Shown here one piece after another: positions 48,889 to 59,431 of a stretch of DNA of 64,000 nt (the stretch's first letter is position 1; every line of letters starts with the position of its first letter). The stretch lies in NCBI GenBank assembly GCA_038882955.1, contig JAVZNC010000002.1:192001-256000 (forward strand), given 5' to 3'. The stretch comes from Candidatus Bathyarchaeia archaeon. GTDB lineage: Archaea; Thermoproteota; Bathyarchaeia; Bathyarchaeales; Bathycorpusculaceae. The notes under the pieces are model-generated. The model saw nothing but the letters and a program-made list of their open reading frames with translations, was not told the origin of the DNA and did not search any database. The translations under genes and the position numbers were made by a program.

Positions 48889-49854
48889 CTAGAATTCTCC
48901 TTTTAAATTTATCACTTTGCCTTTAGCTGAAGATCTTAATGCAGCTTCAGCTACTTCTAGGGCTTTTAAGCCGTCAACTCCAGTTATAAGTGGTTTCTCT
49001 TCACCTAAAATACACCTTGCAAAGTGTTGCAGTTCAAGTTTTAGCGGCTCTTGCCATGCAAGCCGTGGCTGCACCGTTTCCTTTGCGCTTTCCACAGTTA
49101 ATTCCTGCGTTATATAATCAAGTTTTATTATGGCTGCACTTCCAGTAACCGTCAATATTCGCGTTTTATAAGGTGTAAGCCAATTTGACTCTATAAAGGC
49201 GCTTCTTCCCCCCTCAAAAGTCAACATTATCTGCGCGTAATCCTCAAACTGTCTATGCTTCATGCTTCCAGTTTTTGCAAAAACGGCTACTGGATTATCT
49301 CCAAAAAGATACCGCATTATGTCTATGTCATGAATTGCCGTGTCTTTAACAACACCAACATCTCCGATTCTTTCTGGCCACTCGGAAACTCTCTTTGCCG
49401 TGGCGCACACAAGCTGTCCGATCGTTTTGTTTTCTATGGCTTTTTTGATGTGCTGGATTCCAGGTATAAAGCGCATCAGAAAACCAACAGTGATGTGCAC
49501 TTTTTCTTTTTCTGCAGTTTCCAGCAACTGTTTTGCTTGTTTGATGTTTGTTGCCATGGGCTTTTCGATTAGGACGTGTTTTCCAGCTTTTATGGCTTTC
49601 ATTGCCTCTTTCGCAAGGCTGGTTGACCACGTGCATATACTGACGGCTTCTATTTCCTCCATTTTCAGCATTCTTTCAGTTTTAGCGTATGGCTTTACTC
49701 CAAACTGCTTTGCTACGGCTTTCGCCCTTTCAGAGTCAATGTCGCAAACCGCCAACAGCTCTGTTTCAGCCAGTTCCTTGTAAACTCTAGCGTGGTTTCT
49801 GCCCCAAAAACCAGTTCCTATAACTGCCACTCCAACTTTTTTCATTTTGTCCAC
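48889..49854 (-). CDS. Gfo/Idh/MocA oxidoreductase (UDP-sugar 3-dehydrogenase-like)
   Basis: GTGFWGRNHAR, HVLIEKP, DTAIHDID, EPLKLEL. Confidence 0.88.
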   Translation of the reverse strand: MDKMKKVGVAVIGTGFWGRNHARVYKELAETELLAVCDIDSERAKAVAKQFGVKPYAKTERMLKMEEIEAVSICTWSTSLAKEAMKAIKAGKHVLIEKPMATNIKQAKQLLETAEKEKVHITVGFLMRFIPGIQHIKKAIENKTIGQLVCATAKRVSEWPERIGDVGVVKDTAIHDIDIMRYLFGDNPVAVFAKTGSMKHRQFEDYAQIMLTFEGGRSAFIESNWLTPYKTRILTVTGSAAIIKLDYITQELTVESAKETVQPRLAWQEPLKLELQHFARCILGEEKPLITGVDGLKALEVAEAALRSSAKGKVINLKGEF

Positions 49855-51233
49855 ACACCCCTTCCCAAACCACGGTATATGAACCCTTCCTTTTCAACTG
49901 CAGATGGCTCCACTATTCCCTCCAAATCCACAATGGCGGCTGGCATTTTCATTACAACTTTCAATTCTTTAAGGTTTAAGCGCCTAAACACGTCGTGACT
50001 CGTCAGTATCACAGCGCAGTCTGCTCCTTCCAAGGCATCAACTAAACTTTTCCTTAAATTTGAAATTTCACTTGCCTCCTCCACTGTGACATATGGGTCG
50101 TAAACGCTGAGCCTCGCGCCAGCCGCATCCAACATCCTAATTAATTCTACTGCCACACTTTTAAGAGGCGCCTTTGAATCTCTTGAACGTGTAACCCCTA
50201 AAACGGCGATTCTTGCCCTTCGTAAGGTTTTTGAACAGCCCTTTAAGGCATCCCTAACCAAGTTTGCCGCATGCTTGACTATTACCGTGTTCACATCATT
50301 GGCAGCTTTTAGAACACGCGCTTTTATGTTAAGGTTTTCAGCGTCCTCTAAAAAGAAGTATGGTTCAATGCTGTGGGTATCATCAAAATGCAGCGCAGAA
50401 AACAAGGCGCTCAGATCTTTCTTTGAAAGTTTAGCTACTTCCACATGATCTATTCCCGCTTTTTCACAGAAGACTGCAAACTCTCTGGCTAAGGCAGCAT
50501 TTGCACTGCTTTGTATCGCTTCAAAAATTGCTGCGGCTTCAGCAGCCTTCACGTTCAGCGTCTTTTTCAAGGAGCATCTGGTAATAACCTTTAAGAATAT
50601 TGATGCAGCGTTTAAGCTATTCTTGTCGAATGCCGCGACAATTCTTTCGCCTTTCCCCATTGTCTCCAACGTTTGTCCATCCAAAGATTTAACTGGGCTG
50701 TAGGCTAATCCAAAATCAACTCCGCATTTAAGTCCAGAAGCGTTTTCCAAGCTTTCCCTTATCAAAGATTGTGTTGTGCCTACACCTACCGTGCTTGCGA
50801 AAACTACCAAAGAGCCGCGGTGAAGACCTAAACCCACTTGTTTGCATGCGTTTACAATTTTTGAATAATCAGCTTTTCCCTTTTTGTCCACTTCTGCATG
50901 AACCGTTATTATGATTATGTTACTTTGCGCTGCAGCCGTTTTGGCGTCTGTTGTTAAGTTTAATGCCTCGCTCTTTGCGCAGTTTTTCATTTTTAATGCT
51001 ATTTCGTTTTGTATGAAGGGGATCCTTCCCTTTGCAATATCGTTTAGAATAGTTCTATTTGCATCTGCGCAGTAGACTTTGAACCCCTTTTCAATTGATA
51101 GCCACGCGTGAAAAATGCCTATGTGTTTGCAACCAATCACGCCGACGGTGTAGTTTGTACGTTTTTCCGTTGCATCCAAGTCTTCTGGTCTTATATTCAA
51201 AAAGTTTAGGGACATTTTGTTTTCTCCACGCAA
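49842..51233 (-). CDS. UDP-glucose/UDP-ManNAc dehydrogenase-family protein, catalytically degenerate
   Basis: STV..GTT, DFGLAYSP, YDPYV, ADCAVILTSH..F fold motifs present; GxGxxG, catalytic Lys and GGxC Cys absent. Confidence 0.8.
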   Translation of the reverse strand: MRGENKMSLNFLNIRPEDLDATEKRTNYTVGVIGCKHIGIFHAWLSIEKGFKVYCADANRTILNDIAKGRIPFIQNEIALKMKNCAKSEALNLTTDAKTAAAQSNIIIITVHAEVDKKGKADYSKIVNACKQVGLGLHRGSLVVFASTVGVGTTQSLIRESLENASGLKCGVDFGLAYSPVKSLDGQTLETMGKGERIVAAFDKNSLNAASIFLKVITRCSLKKTLNVKAAEAAAIFEAIQSSANAALAREFAVFCEKAGIDHVEVAKLSKKDLSALFSALHFDDTHSIEPYFFLEDAENLNIKARVLKAANDVNTVIVKHAANLVRDALKGCSKTLRRARIAVLGVTRSRDSKAPLKSVAVELIRMLDAAGARLSVYDPYVTVEEASEISNLRKSLVDALEGADCAVILTSHDVFRRLNLKELKVVMKMPAAIVDLEGIVEPSAVEKEGFIYRGLGRGVWTK

Positions 51234-51244
51234 GACTCCTTGTA

Positions 51245-52627
51245 TCAGCCCTTTAGGCTTTTTATCATCTTTTTAAGCTTTAACGCGTATTCTTCGACAA
51301 GCTGTTTTGCCCTTTTCTTGTTTTTAGCTTCAGCGTACAATCTGTAGATGGGTTCTGTGCCGCTTGGTCTTACAAGAATGGCGCTTTTATCTTCAAACCA
51401 CACTTTTACCCCGTCTATGGTGTTCATGTTTTGCCCTTTAACTTGTTCTATGAGCTTCTCAAGTGTTTTCTGCTTTAGACTTTCTGGGCATTCAACTTTC
51501 CCTTTCTCAATAAAGTACTTTGGCAGCTCTTCCAATAAACTTGAAAGTTTTTTTCCAGTTTCCGCCATAATGTTCAGAGTTAAGGCTGTTGCCATCGCAC
51601 CGTCCCTAACTGGCTGGTGCGGTCCATAGAATATTCCGCCATTTTCCTCTCCCCCAAGCTTCGCTTTTAGTTTCTTCATTGTTTGGGAGACGGTTACGCT
51701 GCCAACTTTTGTTAGGACAAGTTTTCCACCGTAAGCGTCAGCGATGTCGCTAATTAAAGTTGAGGAACTCACTGGCGTAACAACTTTTTCGCCTGGATTT
51801 CGTTCCAAAAAATGTTTTTCAACAAGAGCAAATGTTTTGTCCCCCCAGTGAATTTCGCCTCGCTCATCAACAAATATCGCGCGGTCAGCATCTCCATCAA
51901 AGGCAACGCCCAAATCCGCTTCAACAGCCTTTACAGCCGAGGCTAACTCGCCCAAATTTTCTGGTCGCGGTTCAGGTAGTCTTCCAGGAAATGTTCCGTC
52001 GATGTCTCCGTTTATCGTTGTGACTTTGCATCCTAATTCGCGGATTAAACGCGGTATTGCTAGGTTGCCAACACTGTTGGCAGCATCAATAACAACATGA
52101 TAATGTCTCCTTGCTATTTTGTCCACATTCACATGCCCTTTCACGGCTTCCACATATTCGTCGATTATGCCGTTGACTGTGCTCACTCTTCCAATTTTTA
52201 TCCATTCAGCATAACGTGTCTTTTCATCAAAAAAAATGTCTTCAATTTCAATTTCTTGTTCACGTGAAAGCTCTATTCCATCATTCCACACGACTTTTAT
52301 TCCGTTATATTCCGGCGGGTTATGCGAAGCAGTTACTATCACGCCGCCATCCATTCTGCAGCCTTTAGTTGTATACTGCAATGCTGGGGTCGGCGCCATC
52401 CCCCCAAAAATCACATCGCATCCAGTTGCGTTTAAACCAGCAATAACAGCGCTTGTAAGCATGGGACCGCTTGTTCTAGCGTCGTGCCCCACAATCAGTT
52501 TTCCTTGTTTGAAAAATGTGCCTATTGCCCCTCCGATTTTTGCTGCTATTTCGGGAGTCAACTCTTTGTTGGCTATTCCACGGATTCCATTTGTCCCAAA
52601 AAGTCTTCTCGCACTCAACATTCGCAT
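51245..52627 (-). CDS. glmM: Phosphoglucosamine mutase / phosphomannomutase
   Basis: LFGTNGIRG, TASHNP, FDGDADR, GGEENGG, VRPSGTEP. Confidence 0.92.
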   Translation of the reverse strand: MRMLSARRLFGTNGIRGIANKELTPEIAAKIGGAIGTFFKQGKLIVGHDARTSGPMLTSAVIAGLNATGCDVIFGGMAPTPALQYTTKGCRMDGGVIVTASHNPPEYNGIKVVWNDGIELSREQEIEIEDIFFDEKTRYAEWIKIGRVSTVNGIIDEYVEAVKGHVNVDKIARRHYHVVIDAANSVGNLAIPRLIRELGCKVTTINGDIDGTFPGRLPEPRPENLGELASAVKAVEADLGVAFDGDADRAIFVDERGEIHWGDKTFALVEKHFLERNPGEKVVTPVSSSTLISDIADAYGGKLVLTKVGSVTVSQTMKKLKAKLGGEENGGIFYGPHQPVRDGAMATALTLNIMAETGKKLSSLLEELPKYFIEKGKVECPESLKQKTLEKLIEQVKGQNMNTIDGVKVWFEDKSAILVRPSGTEPIYRLYAEAKNKKRAKQLVEEYALKLKKMIKSLKG

Positions 52628-52634
52628 CTTCTCC

Positions 52635-53735
52635 TTAAGCTATAAATCCGCATGTTATAGTGTTGTCGGCAACCTCCTTTGCTGGACAAACTGAAACCCT
52701 TTTTACAAGGGAAACGCCATCCTTAACTTTAACACCGTCAGCGAGAATGCACCCCCCTCCGATTTTTGCTTTCACACCAATTACCACGCGTTCACCAATT
52801 ATCGCATTATCAATTGACGCATAATCTGACACTGTGGTTTCTGGAAAAATTATGGCGTTCTGTATGCGCGCTTCTCGTCCAACCCTAACGTTTCTACCCA
52901 GAACAGCATATGGACCCACAATTGATTTTTCGCCAATTGAAACTCCCTTATCAAGCGCCACGGGTTCCACAAGTTCTCCCTTACACACAATTTTATGCTC
53001 ACATTTGTCTGCATGTAAGTTTAGTAAAAACTTGTTTATTTCCATATAATCTTCAGGTTTGCCAACGTCGGACCACAAACCGTTGAAAACGTACCCGCAA
53101 AGTTTTCCTTCCTCTGCAAGTTTTGGAAATATTTCCCGTTCAAGAGAAACCATGCGTCCGCTTGGTATGTAGCCAAATATTTCTGGGCTTAAAGCGTAGA
53201 CCCCGGCATTTATCAGATTGGTTGGGGCTTCCTCCCTTCGCGGCTTTTCAATAAACTTTTTAATGCGCTTTCCATCTGCTAGCTCGGCGACGCCAAATCT
53301 GCTAGGATCTTCGACCTCGTGAAGGGCTATCGTTGCAACAGCCTTGTTCTCCCTATGTTCCTTCAAAATTTCTGTGTAGTTTACATCTGCGAATATGTCT
53401 CCATTTAACACTAGAAATGGCGAACCATGTCCAATGAGTTTTTCAGCCTTCTTTATTGGTCCACCCGTTCCAAGCGGCATTTTGGGCGGATCAAGCGAGT
53501 AAATTACGTGTAATCCACACTTTCGGATTCTATGCTGTTTTATTAGGACTTCAGTTTGTTTATTAACCGCAAGTATCGCTTCTTTTATGCCGTTCCGCGC
53601 TATCCTTTCAAAAGTCCATTGCAGTAGTGGCTTGTTTATTATTGGGAAAAGACTTTTTGGTCTTGTGCAACTTAGTGGTCTAAGCCTTGTGCCGAAGCCT
53701 CCGGCAAGAATCAGCGCCTTCAATGTTTTCACCAA
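52635..53735 (-). CDS. Sugar-1-phosphate nucleotidyltransferase (GDP-mannose pyrophosphorylase-like)
   Basis: LAGGFGTRLRPL, LGTGG, NGD, FIEKP, INAGVY, WSDVG, C-terminal hexapeptide repeats; start approximate. Confidence 0.9.
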   Translation of the reverse strand: MVKTLKALILAGGFGTRLRPLSCTRPKSLFPIINKPLLQWTFERIARNGIKEAILAVNKQTEVLIKQHRIRKCGLHVIYSLDPPKMPLGTGGPIKKAEKLIGHGSPFLVLNGDIFADVNYTEILKEHRENKAVATIALHEVEDPSRFGVAELADGKRIKKFIEKPRREEAPTNLINAGVYALSPEIFGYIPSGRMVSLEREIFPKLAEEGKLCGYVFNGLWSDVGKPEDYMEINKFLLNLHADKCEHKIVCKGELVEPVALDKGVSIGEKSIVGPYAVLGRNVRVGREARIQNAIIFPETTVSDYASIDNAIIGERVVIGVKAKIGGGCILADGVKVKDGVSLVKRVSVCPAKEVADNTITCGFIA

Positions 53736-53802
53736 TTTTGGAACTGCAGACTTATATTCGCGTGTATTGTAATATAAGAATTCCCAAATGGAGGCTTGCA
53801 CC

Positions 53803-54561
53803 GTGAAAGTCCTGCTTCACGAGATGAGTTGGACTGAAGCTAAAGAATACTTTGGAAAAAGCGACATCGCCATCATCCCGGTTGGGTCAAATGAGCAGCA
53901 TGGACCGCATAACCCTTTAGGAACAGACCATCTTATAGCAAAAGCGTTAGCAGAAGAGGTTGCCAAGCGCACTGGTGTCCTCTGCGTTCAAGTTGTTCCT
54001 TTCGGCGTTAGCTCACATCATAAACAGTTTTGGGGAACAATCTCCATAAGACCTGAAACGCTTCAAGAGTATGTTAAAGACATTTGCCTATCGCTCAACT
54101 ATTATGGCATAAAGAAGATAGTCATTGTTAATGGGCATGGCGGCAACTTTAACGCCCTCACAGACCTAGCCAGAAAATTGAGGGAAAACGGAATATTCAT
54201 ATCAGTCTTCCAGTGGTGGCCAGCAGCAAGTAAACTCCTACCAGAACTGTTCAAGCCAGAAGAAAGGCGGCATGCCTGCGCCGAGGAAACATCAATGAAT
54301 TTGCTGTTACATCCAATGCTTGTGGATGTGAGTAAGGCTGTGGATGATGTGCCACGTGAAAGCGCATTGCAAGCAGAGGGTGTGGCGCTTCCATTTGATA
54401 CTGTAGATTATACTTCATGGGGCGTTTTTGGCAAGTCCACAACTGCGTCAGCCGAAAAAGGAAAGCGTGTTTTTGAAGCTGTTGTCGAGGAACTGTCAAG
54501 GCATGTTAATGCCCTTAAAAAGGCTAAAATTGAAGAGTTGATGCAAAAGTCAAAGGTTTAA
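53803..54561 (+). CDS. Creatininase-family amidohydrolase
   Basis: PVGSNEQHGPH.PLGTD, NGHGGN, HA..EETS. Confidence 0.9.
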   Translation: MKVLLHEMSWTEAKEYFGKSDIAIIPVGSNEQHGPHNPLGTDHLIAKALAEEVAKRTGVLCVQVVPFGVSSHHKQFWGTISIRPETLQEYVKDICLSLNYYGIKKIVIVNGHGGNFNALTDLARKLRENGIFISVFQWWPAASKLLPELFKPEERRHACAEETSMNLLLHPMLVDVSKAVDDVPRESALQAEGVALPFDTVDYTSWGVFGKSTTASAEKGKRVFEAVVEELSRHVNALKKAKIEELMQKSKV

Positions 54562-54700
54562 GTGGCAAATTAGGCTGCGAAAAACTTATTTTTATCCCTT
54601 TCAAGTTTGATTTTTGCTCTGCGGAGGCAAGCCGACCAAATAATGTTTGGCGTTCAAACATGCAATGCGTGCATTCCATCCTTCATGGGAGGGAGTGCAT

Positions 54701-55264
54701 ATGCGGAAATCGTCAATACTGTTCGTCACTACGTTAAGTACTTTAAGCACTTTGGGAGTCGGCTTGCTAGGTCCCGTATATCCCATATTCATAATAAACC
54801 GCTTTTCAGCTTCTGCTGTTGATTTAGGCGTGCTTTATGCGATTTTTTGCTTTACAACCGCAATTTTCAAAGTACTTTCTGGAAAACTTGTTGACAGCCT
54901 TGGCAAAAGCCAAGTTTTCTTTGTCGGAGTCGCTATTGGCGCCGTATGTTCACTTTCTTACATTTTCGCCGTGGACATCATTCAGCTCTACTTAATCGAA
55001 TTTTTCTATGGACTTTCGTATGCTTTGCAGCGTCCAGCGTTGTTGACCTTAATGTTTGACGCAAGTAACACTTGTAACAGAGGATTCTTTTTGGGGATGT
55101 TTGAGTCGATTTACGATCTTACAGAAGCGTTTGCTGCTGTATTCTCCGTAATCATAGTTAGCAAGTTTGGCTTTGAACCGCTCTTTTTGATGTGTTCCGG
55201 CTGCCAAGCAACAACAGGCATTTTAATTTTAAAAGCTGAAAACAAGTTTTTCCTTAAGCGTTAA
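54701..55264 (+). CDS. Half-size (about 6 TM) MFS transporter
   Basis: Motif A GKLVDSLGK, six hydrophobic segments, RGFFLG; 187 aa. Confidence 0.75.
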   Translation: MRKSSILFVTTLSTLSTLGVGLLGPVYPIFIINRFSASAVDLGVLYAIFCFTTAIFKVLSGKLVDSLGKSQVFFVGVAIGAVCSLSYIFAVDIIQLYLIEFFYGLSYALQRPALLTLMFDASNTCNRGFFLGMFESIYDLTEAFAAVFSVIIVSKFGFEPLFLMCSGCQATTGILILKAENKFFLKR

Positions 55265-55275
55265 GGCAAAAAGCG

Positions 55276-56820
55276 TTATTCCCATTCAATTGTTGCTGGC
55301 GGCTTATGCGTTATATCATAAACAACGCGCGTAACTTCTGGAATTTCGTTGGTTATCCTTGTTGAAATTCTCTCCAAAACCTCGTAAGGAATCTTCGCGA
55401 AGCTTGCGGTCATTGCCTCGCGGCTTTCTACTATCCTAACAGCTACAACATGACCGTACGCTCTTGCATCTCCCTTAACACCAGTAGCCTTTGTGTTTGT
55501 TAAAACGGCAAAGTATTGCCACAAGTTTTCCGCTAAACCGCCCTTCTCGATTTCCTCGACAATAATCTTATCTGCCTTCTTCGCAATTCTAACTTTCTCC
55601 TTCGTTAACTCACCAATCACCCTAACCGCCAAGCCTGGACCTGGAAAAGGTTGTCTAAAAACGATTTCTTTCGGCAGTTCAAGTATTTTGGCAACCTTTC
55701 TAACTTCATCCTTATACAAGTCGCGCAGTGGCTCCACAATCTTTTTGAATTTCATTTTTATGGGCAAACCAGCAACATTATGATGCGTTTTTATCTTGTC
55801 AGAGAACTTCCTAAACCCAGACTCAATCCTATCCGGATAAATCGTCCCCTGAACAAGATAATCAGCACCAGTTTTTTCAGCTATCTCCTCAAAAACTCTT
55901 ATGAATTCTTCGCCTATAATTTTCCTCTTCTTTTCGGGGTCTGTAACGCCCTTAAGTCTTGCCAAAAATCTTTCTTGTGCATTTACAATGAGCAAGTTTA
56001 TTTTAAATTTTCCAAAACTCTCTTTGACGAATTCTGGTTCACCTTCGCGCATGAAGCCATGGTCAACAAAAACCGCTGTAAGTCTATCTCCAATCGCATT
56101 TGCTGCAAGTACTGTTGCCACGCTTGAGTCTATACCGCCGCTTAAGGCGATTATTGCCTTTCCCTCACCAACTTCCGCCTTTATCTCGTCAACCATTTTT
56201 CCAATCTGGTCTTCCATTTTCCAATTTGCTTCACACTTGCAAACTTCAAATATGAAGTTTTTAAGCATCTGCATGCCTTTTTCAGTGTGGACAACTTCTG
56301 GATGCCACTGTAAACCATAAATCGGCTTTTCCTTGTGCCTAAAAGCCGCAACTGGACAATTTTCCGTATGCGCTAAAACCTCAAATTCCATTGGCAAGGC
56401 AAAAACCGTGTCACCGTGACTCATCCAAACCTTTTCTCTTCTCTCCAATCCTTTTAAAACGCCAACTGGCTTGTCAACACTCACATAGGATACTCCGTAC
56501 TCCCTATTTTCTGCCTTTTCAACTTTTCCGCCCACCATTTGGGCGATTAGCTGATGTCCATAACATAAACCTAAAATTGGCAATTCTAAATCTAAAATTC
56601 CTCTTTCTATTTTTGGTGCATGCTCCTCGTAAACGCTTGCTGGACCACCTGATAGGATTAATCCTTTTATGTTGAACTTTTCTTTTAACAGTTCAATTTC
56701 CTTTGGTTTTATGTCGTGTGCAACAATTTCCGAGTAGACCCCATTTTCCCTTATTCTTCTCCCTATTAGGTGGCAGTACTGTCCGCCAAAATCGAGGACA
56801 AGTATCGTGTCATACTTCAT
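55276..56820 (-). CDS. guaA: GMP synthase (fused GATase + ATPPase)
   Basis: [50 protein letters not shown]. Confidence 0.97.
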   Translation of the reverse strand: MKYDTILVLDFGGQYCHLIGRRIRENGVYSEIVAHDIKPKEIELLKEKFNIKGLILSGGPASVYEEHAPKIERGILDLELPILGLCYGHQLIAQMVGGKVEKAENREYGVSYVSVDKPVGVLKGLERREKVWMSHGDTVFALPMEFEVLAHTENCPVAAFRHKEKPIYGLQWHPEVVHTEKGMQMLKNFIFEVCKCEANWKMEDQIGKMVDEIKAEVGEGKAIIALSGGIDSSVATVLAANAIGDRLTAVFVDHGFMREGEPEFVKESFGKFKINLLIVNAQERFLARLKGVTDPEKKRKIIGEEFIRVFEEIAEKTGADYLVQGTIYPDRIESGFRKFSDKIKTHHNVAGLPIKMKFKKIVEPLRDLYKDEVRKVAKILELPKEIVFRQPFPGPGLAVRVIGELTKEKVRIAKKADKIIVEEIEKGGLAENLWQYFAVLTNTKATGVKGDARAYGHVVAVRIVESREAMTASFAKIPYEVLERISTRITNEIPEVTRVVYDITHKPPATIEWE

Positions 56821-56856
56821 TGCGCATCGCTTTGCATTACAGACGTGCCCTTATAC

Positions 56857-58257
56857 TTAAACGTAAAGATACTTCTGCAACTCCCAAGACGTTACATGCT
56901 CTTCGATTCCAGAAGCGTGCTTTTCGTATTCCCTCCACTCTTGCATCTTCAGCTCAAAATATTTCTCAGAGTTTTCCCTGCCTAAAGCACGTACACAAAC
57001 TTCGTCGCTTTTCCATTCTTCTAGCGCCTCTTTGAGTGAAGATGGCAAAACCTTTATGCCCAACTCTTTTCGTCGGGACTCGCTTAAACGGTAGACATTC
57101 ATTTCAACTGGTTCTCCAGGGTCAATCTTTCTCTTAATTCCATCCATTCCAGCCTCCAAAACCACCGCGTAGGTGAGGTAAGGGTTACAAAGCGGGTCTG
57201 GACATCTGAATTCTATTCTTGCCTCGTTTTCTTTTCCTGGAAAATACTCTGGCACTCTTATCAGTGACGAGCGGTTTCTTTTGCTCCATGTGACATAAAC
57301 TGGGGCTTCATAGCCTGGCACAAGCCTCTTGTAACTGTTTACGGTTGGGGCTACTATTGCGCATAAAGCTCTTGCATGTTCAAGTAAGCCGCCTATAAAG
57401 TATCGGCATTTCTGTGAAATGTTCGCGTAGCCTTTACCATCATAGAAAATGTTTGTTCCATTTTTCGCGTCAAAAATGCCAATGTGAATGTGCATACCGC
57501 TTCCAGGCTTTCCAAACCACGGCTTTGGCATGAACGTCGCAGTCCACCCATATTTCTTTTCAGCCACGGCTTTTGCCGCAAGTTTGTAGCGCATTATGTT
57601 ATCAGAAGTTGTCAGCGGGTCTGAATATTTGAATGTAATCTCGTTTTGAGCAGACCCAGCTTCGTGGTGTTGGCGTTCGACGGTTATTCCCATTATGCTT
57701 AGGGTGTTGGATAGTTCCATGCGGTACTGTTCCGTAAAGTCTCTATTTGGGGCTATGTCAAAGTATCTATGTTTATCTATCAAGTTATTTTCAACAGGGC
57801 AAATTTCGTCTTTCTCGTCTTTCTGTACTAGGTAGAACTCTATTTCCGCGGCTGCCGTAGGCTTATAGCCTTCGCTTAAAGCCTTTTCCATTGCCTTCTG
57901 GCATATGTATCGGGAATCGCCTTCAAAACGTTTGCCATCTGGTCTGTAGATGTCGCATATGAAGATTGCAACGCTTTTTTCGTAAAAGTAGTATGGACAA
58001 ACCGTAAATGTTGTTGGGTCGGGCTTCATAATCATGTCGCTTTCTTCTATGCCGACGCCGCCTATTATTGAGGAACCGTCGAAGCCTACTCCTTCTTTTA
58101 GGGCGTTTTCGCCTTCTTCTGCCGGGATTGTTCTGCCCTTAAGATACCCCAAAATATCCGTAAAGTGTAAGAGTACGTAATCAGCGTTCTTCATAAGCCT
58201 AATACATAAATCAAACTTTTTAGCGTGGTTCTCTTCTGCGTATAGCATGGCTTTCAC
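56857..58257 (-). CDS. glnA: Glutamine synthetase type I
   Basis: GFDGSSI, EIEFYL, HHEA..AQNEI, FMPKP, GSGMH, NSYKRLVPGYEAP, NRS.LIRVP, RIEFRCPDP. Confidence 0.93.
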   Translation of the reverse strand: MKAMLYAEENHAKKFDLCIRLMKNADYVLLHFTDILGYLKGRTIPAEEGENALKEGVGFDGSSIIGGVGIEESDMIMKPDPTTFTVCPYYFYEKSVAIFICDIYRPDGKRFEGDSRYICQKAMEKALSEGYKPTAAAEIEFYLVQKDEKDEICPVENNLIDKHRYFDIAPNRDFTEQYRMELSNTLSIMGITVERQHHEAGSAQNEITFKYSDPLTTSDNIMRYKLAAKAVAEKKYGWTATFMPKPWFGKPGSGMHIHIGIFDAKNGTNIFYDGKGYANISQKCRYFIGGLLEHARALCAIVAPTVNSYKRLVPGYEAPVYVTWSKRNRSSLIRVPEYFPGKENEARIEFRCPDPLCNPYLTYAVVLEAGMDGIKRKIDPGEPVEMNVYRLSESRRKELGIKVLPSSLKEALEEWKSDEVCVRALGRENSEKYFELKMQEWREYEKHASGIEEHVTSWELQKYLYV

Positions 58258-58389
58258 CTGCTTATGAACAAATTTTTAATAAAAGGAATACTTTGTATAA
58301 GTATAAAAAGTTTCTTTCTAAAATTAAGCGCAAATGTTAAATAATAAACGTTGTAGACTAAATAGATGTGCATTTTGGATGTGGGGGCT

Positions 58390-58833
58390 ATGGTGCTAGA
58401 CGAAACGGATATTAAAATACTAAAAGTGTTGACTTCCGATGCTAGGCTTTCGTCGAGGCAAATAGCTGACCAATGCGGAGTTTCCGTTGGCACGGTTCTG
58501 TCGCGCATAAAAAGAATGGAAAACGAGGGAATAGTGCAGGGTTATTCAGCCATTCTCGACCATGAAAAGCTAGGATATGAACTAACTGTTGTCAGCGAAA
58601 TAACGGTTTCAAAGGGCAGACTGTTGGAAGTTGAAAATGAGATTGCAAAACTACCAAACGTTTGCTGCGTCTACGACGTGACAGGACTAATAGACGCAAT
58701 AATAATTGCAAAATTCAAAAACCGCCAAGAACTAAGCAAATTCACAAAACGCCTACTCTCGCTGCCATATGTTGAAAGAACAAACACCCACGTAGTGCTA
58801 ACAACAATAAAAGAAGACTTCCGCATAATCTAA
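58390..58833 (+). CDS. Lrp/AsnC family transcriptional regulator
   Basis: LDETDIKIL..L..DAR.S..IA HTH, YDVTG..D, RTNTHVVL; divergent from glnA. Confidence 0.93.
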   Translation: MVLDETDIKILKVLTSDARLSSRQIADQCGVSVGTVLSRIKRMENEGIVQGYSAILDHEKLGYELTVVSEITVSKGRLLEVENEIAKLPNVCCVYDVTGLIDAIIIAKFKNRQELSKFTKRLLSLPYVERTNTHVVLTTIKEDFRII

Positions 58834-58913
58834 AAGCCTAAACATGCAATTTCCAGTCAAAGCAACATTTAATTCCAACCAAAAATAGAAGATAGAAAAG
58901 AGTAAATCATCAG

Positions 58914-58998
58914 GCGGGGGTTGCCAAGCCTGGCCAAAGGCGTAGCCCTGAGGCGGCTATCCCATAGGGGTTCGTGGGTTCAAATCCCACCCCCCGCA
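58914..58998 (+). tRNA. tRNA-Leu(GAG)
   Basis: GCGGGGG/CCCCCGC acceptor stem, TAGCC-CTGAGGC-GGCTA anticodon arm, long variable arm, GTGGG-TTCAAAT-CCCAC T arm; CCA not encoded. Confidence 0.95.
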
Positions 58999-59431
58999 CT
59001 TCATCTCGCCTGAGAGTTTAAAACTGTCAGTTCATAACATACAATCCGCCTCTGTAATGTGTGTTGGTACCACATTACGAAGATTTTTTAGACATATCCG
59101 TCACATCAAATATTTGACCATAAAAACTCGAAGTTTTAAGTTATTTAGTGCTTTTTCATTTCTATATTACTTTGTGACCAAACCTCTCAAATATATAATG
59201 CGGCGGTCTTCGTAAGGACATAATATTTGAAGGACACTTTTACTACAGCCATTGTATTTTTTTCTTTTTGCTTCGCGTTTAGCCTCTGCGACATTGTCCT
59301 CATGGCGTGCGATTGCCTCTTACAGGTATTGTTGGTATCTGGACACAAAACTCGATAAGCGTTTTTAAATTCACATATTGCTGCTCACCATGAGTTTTTT
59401 CAGCTTTAAATCTTCTTGACATAGGTATTCC

